Below are positions 39,630 to 54,397 of a stretch of DNA of 64,000 nt, piece after piece. The first letter of the stretch is position 1, and every line of letters begins with the position of its first letter. The DNA is taken from NCBI RefSeq assembly GCF_009914755.1, contig NC_060944.1. One strand, written 5' to 3'. The notes beneath the pieces are model-generated. The model was not told the origin of the DNA, searched no databases, and saw only the letters and a list, made by a program, of their open reading frames with translations. Source of the stretch: the human T2T-CHM13v2.0 reference genome, Homo sapiens. The position numbers and the translations under genes are program-made.

Positions 39630-40409
39630 CAGGATTCTAGGGAGAGGGCACTGCTGGGGGGCTCAGGATTCTATGGAGAGCACTGCTGGAGGGCTCAGGA
39701 TTCCAGGGAGAGGGCACTGCTGGGGGGCTCAGGATTCTACGGAGAGCACTGCTGGAGGGCTGAGGATTCTAGGGAGAGCACTGCTGGGGGGCTCAGGATT
39801 CTAGAGAGAGGGCACTGCTGGGGGGCTCAGGATTCTAGGGAGAGCACTGCTGGGGGGCTCAGGATTCTAGGGAGAGGGCACTGATGGGTGGCTCAGGATT
39901 TTACGGGGAGAGCACTGCTGGGGCGCTCAGGATTCTAGGGGGAGAGCACTGCTGGGGGGCTCAGGAGTCTATGGAAAGCACTGCTGGGGGGCTCAGGATT
40001 CTAGGGAGAGCACTGCTGGGGGGCTGAGGATTCTAGGGAGAGGGCACTGCTGGGGGGCTCAGGATTCTAGAGAGAGGGCACTGCTGGGGGCTCAGGATTC
40101 TAGGGAGAGCACTGCTGGGGGGCTCAGGATTCTAGGGAGAGGGCACTGATGGGTGGCTCAGGATTTTAGGGGGAGAGCACTGCTGGGGCGCTCAGGATTC
40201 TAGGGGGAGAGCACTGCTGGGGGCTCAGGATTCTATGGAAAGCACTGCTGGGGGGCTCAGGATTCTAGGGAGAGGGCACTGCGAGGGAGCTCGATTCTAG
40301 GAGAGGGCACTGCTGGGGGGGCTAAGGATTCTAGAGACAGGGCACTGCTGGGGGCTCAGGATTCTAGTGAGAGGGCACTGCTGGGGGCTCAGGATTCTAG
40401 GGAAAGGGT
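39630..40409. repeat. G-rich minisatellite (VNTR), ~23.5 copies of a 31-34-bp unit CACTGCTGGGGGGCTCAGGATTCTAGGGAGAG(GG)
   Basis: 23 CACTG-initiated units counted directly, plus a partial leading unit. Confidence 0.97.
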
Positions 40410-42409
40410 GTGGCTGCTGAGTTCTTGATAACCAGAAGACAGCAATGATCACACCTGCAAGTCTTTAAAGCTTATAAGACGTCTTGGGGGATTGGGGATG
40501 TTCGGAAAGAGTGGGGTTTCCTTCATTTTCTTTCTTACTTCCTTTCCTACCTTCTCCACCTGCCTTTTGAATAAAGAATCAGAGACCGTGGGAGGCAGGG
40601 AATTGGACAAAGACAGGCCCAGCCAAAGAGCAAAGAGAAATCCAAGAAGAGGAGTAGGTTTGAGTTTGATGGCTACCTGATCTGAGAAAACCCAGGAGCC
40701 TCTTGTTTTAATTAAAGTCATCTTAGAGAGTTTTGACTTTGATGGACTGAGAGCGTTGGGTTTTTTCTGCAGGATGTGGGGCAGCACACAGCAGGAGCTG
40801 CAGCGTTCACTCGAGGCACTAACAGGTCCTGGAGTCCAGGAGCTGCCCAGGTGCCACGGAGGCCCCAGGCAGAGGAGGACAGCCAAGGACTTCCAGGAGT
40901 CATGGGCAGTCCGAGGCCCAGACGTGGCAGGCTTTTCTGGCATCTGGGTGGAGGAATGAAGGAGCAGTCTATGGATTTATGAGCAGGATTGGCTATGGAA
41001 ACTGTAGGGCCCCTGGCTTAGAAGGAGTAAGAACTTCAGATCGTGCATTAAACCACGGGCGTCCAGCCCTTCTGAGCCCGGGATCCTGTTCACCTGTGAA
41101 GGTTGCCTCAGCTGAAGCCCAGCAAAAAAAGGCTGTGGAGTCTGGAGACCTGGATTTGACACCATGTCCTTTAGGGAAACCAGCTTTAAACTCTCCCAGC
41201 CTCAGTTTCTTTCTTTTACCTTTTCTTCTTTTTTCTATGTGTTTGTCTATCTGCGAATATCTTTATTTTGAAATTTATAAATGATAGTTTTTCTGGGGAG
41301 AGAATTTTAAGTTGACAGTAGTAGCCCCTTAGATGGAGGATGTTATTTCATTGTCTTTTGAGGTCAGTTATTGCTGGTTAGAAATTTTCTCTGAGACAAA
41401 TCATAGGTTAATTTCTGGTGGCTTTAATGTTTTTCTCTTTATCCTAGACATTCTGCAGTTTCAGTATAAGGTGTCCAGGCAGAGATTTCCATTCAATTTA
41501 TACCAGATAGAATTGGTTTGACTTTTCAGTTGAAGGGCCTCTTTCCTCCACTTGTTTCTGGAAGACTTAGTGTCCTCCTCCAACGTTGCCACTCCACTGT
41601 TCTCTGGCATCTCTGGAGTGCCTGTTTAAACTACTTGAAGTGCCTATTTTCTCCATTTCTCCTTTGCCTGAATATTTTGATATTTTCTTTTTTCCCCTAT
41701 TTTTGAGTCTGAGTTTAGTATTGAAAACCCGGGACTGTCATTAGAGACAGTTGTGGGTTATCGAGGGGTTACATTTCTCCGGGAAGCTTGTTCCTGTCAG
41801 TCAATCCACGGTGTTTCCTAGGATCTCTCCTTGCACAAGGTGTGTGTGAGGAGCCCAGGACACACAAGAATAAGTCTCCAATTTGTTCGAAGTATATGCA
41901 ATTGTTTTAAGCCCTCAACGTAATTCCATGATGTCTGTATTATTTGTGTCCTCATTTTATGGATTATGAGGAAAACCGGGGCACAGAGGGGTTACCAGCC
42001 TATGGCCACATAGCTAGAAATTGGTCCTCACCTGAACACATTGTGCCTACCTGTACTACTGTATAATTAGTTAATGGCAGCTGAGGGTGAGGAATGAAGG
42101 CTCAGAATAATTTTATGGAGAAGGTATTTTTAATTAAAACATTGAGCAAGTAAAACTCTTTGATTGAAAAATTGAAACTATTAAAACATTCTACGTAGGG
42201 ACTTCTTGCCCCCTCCCTGTCCTGTCCTCCCTGCCTCACCTCCACCCCCAGAAAACCACTGTCATGACTGTCTGGAGTACCTTTTCATCTGCATTGTGTG
42301 AGTAGGAGCAAACAGGAACATGTAGTCTTGCTTCTCACTACTTTTCCACACAAGTTAGCATATAACACTTCTCACTACTTTCTCACACAAGTTGGCCTAT
42401 AACACTGTC

Positions 42410-42990
42410 TTCCTCTGACACCACCTTTGCCACCGAGGGTGTGGGTTTTTTTCCTGACACCAAATACATGTTGTTTTCCCACACCAGTTATCCAATTCTA
42501 CAACACCAACCGAGTGTCCAACAACTGAACCCAATTCTGACTTTATCTATGTGGAGTTAGCATCAGAGCCAGCAAGCTAAGGTCTCAATCCTGCAAGATT
42601 GCCCCTACTTCAGACACCAGCCACACAAGTGGGGTTTCCAGCAGATCCACATTTCTTCCCAGCCTACTACAAATTTGGGGGTTCCATAATCTAAGCTATA
42701 CCCCCATGTTTGAGAACTCATCAGAACAATTCCCAGAACTCAGGGAAGTACTGTGCATACAACTTCAGCTTTCCTATAAAGGGTGTGACCCAGGAACAGC
42801 CCCATGGAAAACAGGCAAAGAATGAAGCCCTGGGAGAGGAGGTTTCCACGCTCCAGTACATCCATGGGTTGGCCATCGTCGAAGCTCCCTGAACTTACTT
42901 AAGGCTTCTTATGGCGGTTTCATTACCTAGGCCTGATTGATTAAATCATTGGCCATTGGTGACTGAACTCAAGCCAGAGGTCAGGGTATG
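42410..42990. mobile_element. ERV LTR, MER21-like
   Basis: 'caccaaccgagtgtccaacaa...caattctgac...ggagttagcatcaga...gcccctacttcagacaccag...tgattaaatcattggccattggtgactgaactcaa'. Confidence 0.6.
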
Positions 42991-43501
42991 GAACAGAAAG
43001 TCCAAGGGCAGGGGGAGAGCTTTGTCCCCAGTTACTCCTGTGTAAGTGCTGGCTCCATTGTGATTGGGCCAGCGTGGGTACTGTGTCCATCCTGAGCTAA
43101 TCAAAGGGCTTGAAGGTTACCATGTAAGGAGTGGCCTAGGCTCTCATACTCAGCTTTTGGACCCAAAGGAAGTTTGGATGCTTTTTCCAGAGGAAGGGAA
43201 AATGGATAATGAGCAGCAAAACCCATCAAGGGCCATTGGGAGGTACCTGGTAACCCAAGAGCCTTGACTAGGACAGTGTGCCTGTCTAGAATTAACGCAG
43301 ATTAAATGCTTCTTCCAAGAGAAGCCATGGATGGTTTCCATCAGTATCCAGCCTCCAATATGAAATGCATCTCAACAGGCTTATCAGATACTTCTTTCCA
43401 ACCATATGTGTTGTCCATGTTTCTCACTAGAGAAGACCTGGTGACATCTTCCTTTATCTCTCTCTGTAACCTGTGGTCCAGCAGACAGCCTAATGTTATA
43501 A

Positions 43502-43814
<313 letters not shown>

Positions 43815-45716
43815 GAAAGAGATGATTTAATGGGAAAATTGCATTCTGTTTTTGAAAGTGTCAGAGGAGACTTGCTCCCAAATCACAATGCAATGACAAG
43901 CCAGCGGCCAGTGAGCGAGTGACATCATGACAGGGATGCCCAAGGAATTATTATCACAACCATATCCCAGTCATACCTGAGGTCAGAGTATCTGGAGTTC
44001 AAAAATTCAACCTTAAATATCTTAAATGTGCATTCACTTGGTTGCTAGGATCAAAAACCAGGGGACCCTTCTTCCTGGTAATTAATTGATTAACCTTGGG
44101 ACCTGGAATCAGGGATCCCTACTTATAGGTATAGGTTTCAGATAAGGAAACATCAGTCTGCATTGGAATTGCTATTGGACATTCTCCAAAGTGATTTAAT
44201 AACAGAGGCACTTCCTAGTGGCTCAGGCAGCTTCAGATATGACTTGAGTTTAGAACTGTGGTGGATGAGCCTTTTCTCTTGGCAAATACTAAGTCAGCAT
44301 TAAAAAAAAAGAAAAAGAAAAAAGCCAGTTCTTAAGAATCTCCTATTTCCCAAGCACTTAAGTCAAAGTGAGGGTAACTCCTTCACAGGGCTATGAGGCC
44401 TTCCGTGATCTGGCCCTTGTTCATCTCTGCAGGCTCATGGCACCCGAGTGCTCCTGAAACTCCAGCCACAAGAGGCTCCTTGCAGCTGCCGGAATTCCTG
44501 TCCACCTTGTGACCTTCAGTTAGATTGTTTTTCTGCCTAGAACGCTCTTCTTTCTTCTCCTCCTACCTCCACATCCCCTGGCTAGCATAGATTCCATCCC
44601 CTCCTGGTCTGGGTCCAGCCCCTCCATGGCTCTGTGTTTGATAGCACTTATCACAGGATAGCATGGCAGGCCATCGCCCACTGTCCAGTCTCAAAGCCGA
44701 GCCACACAGAAGCACAGTCCAGGCACCAAAAGGTGACGTGAGGGCTCTACTTAATCTCCCACATGCTGCAAAGAGAGAGATGAAGATGATCCATGCTTGG
44801 TAAAATTTTCCCGTTTTCTCTCTTGCTTGCTTCCTTCACCCCTGCAGCTGCTCCCCCCTCTCTCTCGACACCTCTTTAACCATGTCTTGCAGAATCCTAC
44901 CGGAGAGCCTCTTGTCCTCAGCTCTTTTCCCCAGTTCTACCTCCCAGAGGGTCTGGAGAGCTGGCCCAGTGTGTAGAGATCCTCTGGGGTGGTGGGGAGG
45001 GTGAGGCAGTAGAAAACAAAGCCAAAGGGAGAGGAAGGCCCAAGGCTGGAGACCTCGTGGTTAATTTGTAAATAGTTTATCTTCTGCATACTTATTTTGT
45101 CACTTTAAAACATAACTTATCCCCTCTGTTCGTCTCCCCTGGGAGGGTAGAGTTGATGTCTGTTGTGTTTGCTGCTGTAATCTTAGTACTTAGACAAGTA
45201 CTTAGCACTTGATTGCACTCCGTAAACATTTGTTGAGTGAAGGAAGACACAAAGATAAGCACCACATGGTCTGTGCCTTGAGGGACTCACAGTCTAGTGA
45301 AAAGGCAAGCAAACAAACAGACCGATGTCGGCCCAGGAGCTCAGGGACTGACAGAGTGCAACGGAACCCAAGGGGAAGCAGGTCCCTGCTGGATCGGCGC
45401 AGTGTAGACACCTGCTACCTGACAAGGCTCTCCTGTCTGGGGACGTAGGCTCTAGGAGCCACCACATGTGTTCATCAAAAGGCATGCTGGTGTTTCTTGA
45501 TTCAGATCAGTACTAATTGTCTCCTCAGGGGAACTCGCAGTTCTCATTTTCTCAGCAATCGGGTGCAATGAGCCTGCAGAAGAAGCTTTTCCAGAGCTGT
45601 TGTAAGACTTCTGCAGGCCCTGGGCGCAGTCATTTTCAGAGGTTTCAGGCCACGGCACGGCGATGCCATGAAAACGCGGATGCATCCCATGCTAGGTAAT
45701 TATCGGAGGACTGTAA

Positions 45717-46087
<371 letters not shown>

Positions 46088-49000
46088 TGACAAAGATAAT
46101 AATAATTTGAATTTTCTTATGATTTTTAAATTTTTTGATTTCATTAAAAAGAAGTTATTTATTTTGCTTGTGAGCACAAAATTATACGTAATTCATATGG
46201 TTACATATTAATAGAGTCACAGTTGACTAGTTGACATAATGTTTTGTTTTGAAGGCATGTAATGAGGCAGTTATCAGTTTTATTTTGCAAGGTTGTTTTT
46301 GTTTTCACCTTGCTTTGCTTTGTTTTGTATTTTGGAGCCAATGGATTCTATTTGTTTCGGCCCTCAGATACAGGCCCTTGGAAGGCTCCTAAGCCATAGC
46401 TTTGTTACTGTTAGGAATTGTCTGAGGCTAAAGCAGCTCTGGGCTGCCGTATGGTTCTTTTCTGTGTGGGTCCAAGTGTTGCCTAAATTCAAATGATCAA
46501 TCAAGAGAGAAAGCAAAATGCTTGATGTTTTGTTAGCTTTGTGTCAGTGAGCTATTGCTTTACAGCAGATCACCCCAAAATTTAGTGGCTTAAAAAATAA
46601 TCTCCCTCCCACCACTCCCCCATAAATGAGTGTTTCTGCTCATCTGGGCTGAGCTGGGCTGATCTTGACTGGGCTAGCTGGTGCATCTGCCGTCAGCTGG
46701 TAGCTTGACCTGGGACTGGCTGGTCTGGTGTGGCCCTGGCTGGGGTGACTTGGCTCTGCTCCACATAGTCACTCATCTGCAGGGTAGCCTGGTTTGTCCT
46801 CATGGGTAGCCTGGCTTGCCCCCACAGTGGGGGTGAGGGGCCCAGCCGGGGAGAAAAGTGTTACGTTCAGAGACTTGGGTCTCCAAGGCCTGGCTCCTTT
46901 ATGTTCTATTATTTGAAGCAAGTCAAAAAGCAGCCCAGATTCAAGCTGCATGGGAATAAACTCTACCTCTTGATAGCAGGGGCCATAAAATCACATTACA
47001 AAGGGTGTGGATGTAGAATGAGGGGGAGAATTGGAGTTATATCTTCGTCACAGCTGACTAGCAAATCTATGATTTATTTGTGTTTCAATATTACAAGGAA
47101 ATGTTTAGCCCTCACAGAAAATATTCCTTTGCTATATTCAAATCCTGTCTGTTCTATACAACGTAATCGATGTTACCTTGATCTATGTCAAATGGCAATG
47201 ATGCAAAATGCACATTTGCTAAAATGCTCTTTTACCACATGGAGCGGCGTGGCATCAATGTGCGCACCCTGGCCCTCGTGTTTTATCAGAAGCCTCGAAG
47301 GCTGGCGAGTGAGAGCTCGGGCTCCAGGCTCTGTAACTCTGGTTTTCCCCAGTTGTTTTCTAGGTGTTGTTTGAGTAACTAAGTTAGCCTCTCTGAGCTC
47401 TAATACTTTTGTGACCTGGAGAGAGCAAGGTTACCTTCCTCACGGAGTCGTCGTGCGCATTGAATGCACATCAAGCGCTTGGCACAGGGCCAGACAGGTT
47501 GATAAATGTTTGCTCTTATTGAGCTCAGAATCAAGTCTGTGTTCAGGGAAAGTTTGTTGAATGAATCAATTAATGATGCAAGCCCAGCTTTTCCAAGGGC
47601 AGAGAATCTGTGAGGAAAAGAAAGCATAGAAATGTATGCACCCTTTTGGGGTCTCTTTCAGAAGAAAACTGCTTCCTCATCTCCTGTCTTATGTTGAGTG
47701 CCTGTGTTGTTATATAGCTAACAGGTGAATAACCAAGACAATTGAAGGATGGGAAGAGGGCTTTTTCTCAGATCTCTAAAATGCTTTTCTTCCCCTGTTA
47801 GAATACTAAAGCCATGATGACAGCAAAGGGTGACAGAATATGATTGGAGGAGTCCCAAGCTCTTTTTGATCCAGGCTTGGATGGGGCTGGGGGAAAGCTC
47901 CTCTTCTGATGGACAGTCATTGCTGGAAGACAGATGGGACATAATTGTGGGGGCCCCTGTGGGAGAGGTTTGAAATGTCTCAGGGAAAGACGGGACTGTG
48001 AAGGGATCCCCTGAGGACACTGGTAACATTTGCAGTGGGACACTTTGGCTCACAAGGAAGCTTCTGGGCATGGGAATTTCAGAGCCCAGATGGTGGGAAA
48101 ATCCTCAAAAAACCTTGGGATTTGGGTCTCTGCAGCTGGGCAGCAGCTGTGGGCCTGGAATTAGCGCCAACCACAGGTGGTACCACCTGTTCCAGTGACC
48201 ACATGTTTCCCACCCTCGTCACGGAGGCCCAGCCATTTCTCCCTCAGAGTTTTGGGAAATGTGGAAGAAGAATGGGAGGAGACCATTTGTTGAAAGGATT
48301 AGGGAGATGGGTGTTCAGCCTGGAAGCCTCCCAGAGGCTCAGGGTTAGTTACCAAAAAAGCCCAGAACAGCAGAATTTGTGCTGTTTTCCCTGATGCCTC
48401 AATTAAATCATCCTCTGACGTCACATTTTCTGCACCTGCAGGGTTTGCGGTCAACACATGGTAATGTGGGCTCCATAAATTTAGAGTGTATAATTGTTCT
48501 GACACGGCATGGATTGGAGCTTCTTTCTGAATTATCTATGAAAAAGCAAATTAAGAGCATAATCCTGACTGCATGGGATGTGCCCAGCCTTCTAACAGGA
48601 ACAAACTCTTTCCTGGCCTTTTCAAAGTATCTGTTACTATGTAATAAATTAATAGGGTAATTACAAATGGTTCTTTTCCAGGTCTACCAGATTTCTGATG
48701 GACCATATTCTCTTAGTTCTTATTGTACTTGAAGTAATACTTAAGGTCACACACGGTAGCACTTTAAAGTAGCTAATTACAACTGTTTCCTTTATGATGC
48801 ACATGGAAAAACTTCTTCACCTGCGATGAAACTGAATAGCTGTTAAGGCTCGTGTCTAGATTCAGGCAGCTTTGTTTTCTACCCCAGCTGGCCTGGTTGG
48901 TTCCTTAATTTCTCTGAGCCTCACTTTTTCTGCCTGTAAAACGGGAATGATCATATACCCAAGGCCTCCTGCCAACAGTCAGCACCAATGTGCCAGGTGG

Positions 49001-49304
49001 ACCACTGGAGGACTGCAGCCTCATGAAAGATCCCAAGCTAGAGCCACCCAGCTAAGCCTCTCTAGATTTCTTGGCCTGCAGAAACTTTTAAGATAATACA
49101 TGCTTTTGTATTCTAAGTAAATTAATACTACTTATAATGGTACTGACATATAGGATTACCGAGGAAGACATTCATCAGCGAAGAGCAAGTACTGAGTACG
49201 GTCTTAGCATAAGTATGCGTACATGGTAAAGGTAGGAAGTTTTACACTAATGTTTGAAAGGAAAATGTAGATAAAATGTACATGCTCACAAATGGGAATT
49301 GAGG

Positions 49305-49488
49305 TAGGGTTGCCAAATTTCACAAATAGAAATCCAGGAAACCCAGTTACATTTACATTTCAGTTGAACAATACATAAAATGTTAGTAGAAGTATGTTCC
49401 GTGTAATAATGGGATAGTCACTGAAAAATTATCACGACTTACCCAAAGTTCAAATTTAACTGTGTTCTGTATTTTATCTAGTAATCTA
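49305..49488. mobile_element. MER53-like palindromic hAT MITE
   Basis: TAGGGTTGCCA...cccagttacatttaca / ttcaaatttaactg...tattttatctagtaatcta inverted arms. 8-bp TSD-like flanks aattgagg / gatcgagg. Confidence 0.7.
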
Positions 49489-50823
49489 GATCGAGGCGAC
49501 TTACTTCCTCATGATCCAATGGACATCTGTCTCTGATGTGGTTCATCTCTTTATTCCCTAATTGAAAAAATATAAATTTTTTAATACTAACATGAATTTT
49601 GGCATTTTTTAAAAACCTGGCAATAATACAGAGGAATTGACATTCTCACAGCATACCAGTAGAAGTGTAAGTTGGAATTGGTTATTATATAAACAGTTTG
49701 TCAAAATGATTGAAGAACTTGAAAATGTTCATACCCCAAGTTTTGATTACAAAGATATTTACCATAATGTTACTTAAAAATCACAAAATACCCGGAAAAA
49801 ACCCATTGCTTAAATGATAGTAATAATCTGACATATTTCTCTACATTTGCCAGCAAAAATCAAGACATCCTCTGAAGACTGTCCATGAAGATTTTGTTGG
49901 AGTGAGAAAAAATAAGCAATAAAAATGTAGTCTTCTTGTTTGGCTATAGTCTGGCCTGGAATGGATATTTTGGAAGTGACTCCTCACGTGCAGGAAGGAC
50001 TCTTAGGCCGTATGTGTGGGCCTCTCCGAAGTTCAAAGCTGATTTATAGAGCATCAGCGCTGACTCCTTGACAGAGAGTCTGCGGGTCAGAGGAACTTGA
50101 AGTCAGAATGTGAGACTGAAGTCTCAGGAACACACAGAATTCATATCAAGTTCCTTTTAAACATAACTTGTTAAGAAGAGCATGTTTGCCTAAAGTGGGG
50201 TGCTCCTCACAGATTCTGGGAGTACAGAAGAGCTCAGGAAATGCTGGGGACAGAGTGGAGGCTGCGCTGGGAGGACCCTGGTGTGGTTTCAATATCAGCT
50301 TGGTGCCAGGTTCTCTGTAGCACCTTCTTTCTCTGTGAAAGTGGCCAACTGTTGCTGAATCCTGGAATGTTGGATGGGCGAACGGGAGCCTGACCAAGCC
50401 CAGGCTGGAATTCACAGCCTGATTCTGGGAACTGATGGGTTATTGATTCCCTGTGGCATTGACTTACATGAGCTGATACCCCTTGGCCATTGGTTGGGGG
50501 CTCAAAGAGTTTAGGGCGAGGGTACCTAAGAGGACAGAGAAGATGGAGGAGTACAGCATGCAGTTCATCCCTTCCCTGTCCACCGCTGTGGTGTGATTTC
50601 AGCCACTGAGGTTGATTGAGGTGGACTGTGAGCTCCTCCCTCCAGCTAGGCAGACATGGGGCCTACAGGAGGCAGACAGGTGTCAGGCTTAGGAGAGGGC
50701 TCTGTGGTTCCTTCTGCTGCAAACCCTGGCGCAGCTTCAGGGCCAACTTACCCGCTTGGCACAGTGAGCACAGGGCCTAGGGCCCATGAAACTTTTAGGG
50801 TCCTATGAAAATGTTTTAATTTC

Positions 50824-51023
<200 letters not shown>

Positions 51024-51361
51024 AATTTCTTTTTTTTTCCTTCTTTCTTTCTTTCTTTTTCTTTCTTTCTTTCTTTTTTTGAGACAGAGTATTGCTCTGT
51101 TACCCAGGCTGGAGTGCAGTGGTGCCATCTCGGCTCACTGCAACCTCTGCCTCCTGGGTTCAAGTGATCTCCTGCCTCAGCCTCCCGAGTAGCTGGGATT
51201 ACAGGCATGTGCCACCATGCCCAGCTAATTTTTGTATTTTTAGTAGAGACAGGGTTTCTCCATGTTGGCCAGGCTGGTCTTGAATTCTTAACCTCAGGAG
51301 ATCCGCCCACCTCAGCCTCCCAAAGTACCGGGATTACAGGCATGAGCCACTGCGCCTGGCC
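51024..51361 (-). mobile_element. AluS with (TTTC)n tail
   Basis: Full dimeric Alu. Outer TSD GAAAATGTTTTAATTTC at 50807-50823 and 51362-51378. Confidence 0.93.
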
Positions 51362-54300
51362 GAAAATGTTTTAATTTCTTTTAAAATCAGATGAAAAAGT
51401 GAACATTGTAATAATACTGAATATGGATCTCCTCCATAATGTGATGGGCTATGTGACCTTGGGCAACTTACTTTGCCTCTCTGGGCCCCTGTTTGGCTGT
51501 CTGTAGTTAAACGGACCACCTCATCTCTGGGACTTCAAAAGAGGAGAGGACGGTCAGCAGGGGTGGCCTGCTCAGAAGGGCCATACTTTGTCCCCAACAT
51601 CCCTCAACAACCCCAAGGGCAATGCCACCCCAGACCTCACTGCCAGGCCTTCCAGAGTCCAACAAACTCATGTCCCATGACCACAGCTTGTTCCCTTGAT
51701 CTATGTGCACCTGGGGATGCTGGTGGCTGGGAGGTGAGTTCATGAGGCCTCAGATCCGCCCTTGAAGTCAGTACTGACATTCACCCATTCTTCAGACGAG
51801 GACATAGAGGCCTGGGAAGAGTCAGCAAGGACAGAAGCTGGGTTCACAGCCCCCCAGGCCAGCTCCAGAGGCCTCAATCTTCACCAGCAATGTGCCTCTG
51901 GGCTTGAGAAGATTGGACAGGAAGAACACAGGAAGCTCCAAGAAAAAAGAACTGAAACTGCACCAAGAGTCAATGATCTGCTGCCTCCTCAGACGTGCAG
52001 CAATCTGACAACATCCATCAAAATTAAAAGCGCGTGCACCCTTGACTTCACAATGGCCTTCTAGGAATTTACCCTCCCAATGCACTAGTGCACGTGTCTA
52101 AGATACAAGGTTCTGCCGTAGCAGAACTGCTTACAGCAATGAGTTTATGGCTGCCCACACCCCCAGCCTCAAGTGAGGAGGCTCCAACTCCACAGCAGGT
52201 TGGCAGGGGCTGAGCTGTGCCCCTCCACTCAATGGAAATATTTCCTGGACCAAAACGGAACTGCACCAGGGACCAAGACAGACAGGACCTCCTCCACCCC
52301 GTGGAAGGTAACATGGAGAGAGGTCCCAGTGGATCCACCAAAGAAAAGGAATGTCCATCTTATCTTTCACCTAGAGTGGGATCCAGTGCAAACCAGCACA
52401 CACAGGAGGATCCACTGTAGTTGCTGGAATGTAAGATGGACATACCGTGTGTGTATGTATGGGAAACTTCTGGAAAATGCAATGTTGGGGTGAAGGAGGT
52501 AGGAGGCTTTTTCTTCCTATTCTTATGTCCTTCAGTCATGGTTCATTTGGTTTTGCACTCTCATGAGCATATATTATTTTATACTTAAAAAAAAGGGATT
52601 GCATTTCAAAACTTCCATGACCAGCTCCGAAGTCAGTGGGTCAGAGGGAATTCCCTGCTCACTCCTGGAACAGACCCATCCAGCCCCCTGCCACCTTCCT
52701 GGGCTCTGCAGGAACCACATTCACGCCAAGTTTGGAAGCAGCTGGGTTATGTGCTCTTTACACCAGTGCTGCTGGACATAGACTTGGGAATCCTTTTTAT
52801 GGAGGAGAGGGACAAGGAAGGCAGAAGCGCCTGGGGCCCAAGCATGTTACCTTCTCAGCAACCGCTGTACTCTGCACATTTGTTTTCTTGTGGAAGTTCT
52901 GGAAGAAGGTGGAGGAGGCTTGTCCTGAAAAGGCTGGTGGGGCCAGAGGATGGCCAGTGGACCTGCTATCTGCACTCCTCGAGATGGCCATGGGGAGCCC
53001 CAGAGATTCTACCCATGTGGGTGGGGGTAGGAGCAGCAAGTTAGGTCTGGTAAATGTTAACCCTCCTTTAGTTGCACATGCAGGCTGGGATCATTCAGAA
53101 GAGACTTTAGTATTTGGAAGCAGTGTTAATCCACCACTAGCAAGAGCCAGCCCTCACCCCACACATGCATGGCACCATCTTTGCCGGCACTGCCTGCAGA
53201 GGCCTAAGTGCTCTGGGCTGGAAACTTGGCCCCACTCCTCTGAATGACCAAGGCAAGTTCTTTGATCACTGCCTCAGTATCCCCATTTGCACTGTAGGGA
53301 TAGTGATAACACTTTCTCATGGGATGGTTGTGAGAACTAAATGAGATAATGCATTATATGTTCTTAGAATAATGTGTGCTAGGCACATGTTATCAATAAA
53401 AATAATGAGAAGGAGACAAAAAGAAGGGGATCTGCCTTGCAATCTTTTCATGTGTCTGCTATGAAACAATGTCACATCCATCATGATGGGCAGCCCCATT
53501 GTGTGGAGCATAAGTCACTTTGGGGCCTTTCCAAATCTCAACGGGGATGCAAGCTGGCTGGAGAAGGACTCTCTGGGTTACTGAGACATGCCCTGTGTCA
53601 GACTGGGTGGCCCAGAGATGTCATCTTTGCAAAGAATGGTGTGTTGCAAGAGAAGAGATGGGACGCTGATGAGCAGGGAGGGTGTCAGGGTTCAGCTATG
53701 TGGGGACAAGCTCACTGTGTAGCAAAACAACATCTGCACCCAGCATGGGGAGACTGAGGGTGTTTGCTAGGGAGCAGCTGGGGAGATGGATCCTGATGAA
53801 AAGGAAGTCTTCCAGCCAGTCCTTCAGACAGCTCCGAAGGACACCGGAGCCAAGAGGGCCTTGTGGTAACAATTTTGCAGAGCCAATGGAGCACGGCCCT
53901 GGTGCTCTGGGGTTGATCCTCGCTTTCTAGAAGCTGATCCTACGGGTAGCGGCATCCAGGAAGCCTTCTGCAGCGTGGTCAAAGCACTAAGAGATGAGAA
54001 GCTATTGCAAGAGCCCTAGGGGGCTAATCCATTCTAGAGACCACAGCACATGTGGCGATTAAGCCTGCAGGCCTAGAGGAGGGGCGTTGGGTGCAAACCC
54101 TGGCTCCTAACCAAAAGGCTTTTTGACTTGAGGCAAGTAATTCAACCTGTCTGTGCCTTGTTTCCTTCTCTGCAGTTCTTGTGAGGGTTCGATGATATGA
54201 TAAGGGTTTTAAAAGCAGGTGCAAGCTCCCTGTGATCATTCTTTTGCCTCAGTATCCCGGCAGGCATTGAGAAGGCTGCTTGGAGGAAGGAGCCTTTGAG

Positions 54301-54397
54301 TAGGGCCTCAAAGGATGAGGAGGTGTACCCCAAGACGGAGGGGCGTTGAGACAGAGGGAAAGCATGTATGCAGTCCCATGGCTAGGATTTGGGGGTG

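Noticed and set aside
39630-40409. CRISPR-like array
   Set aside because: Units are contiguous with no unique spacers, there are no cas genes, and the context is eukaryotic. It is a minisatellite.
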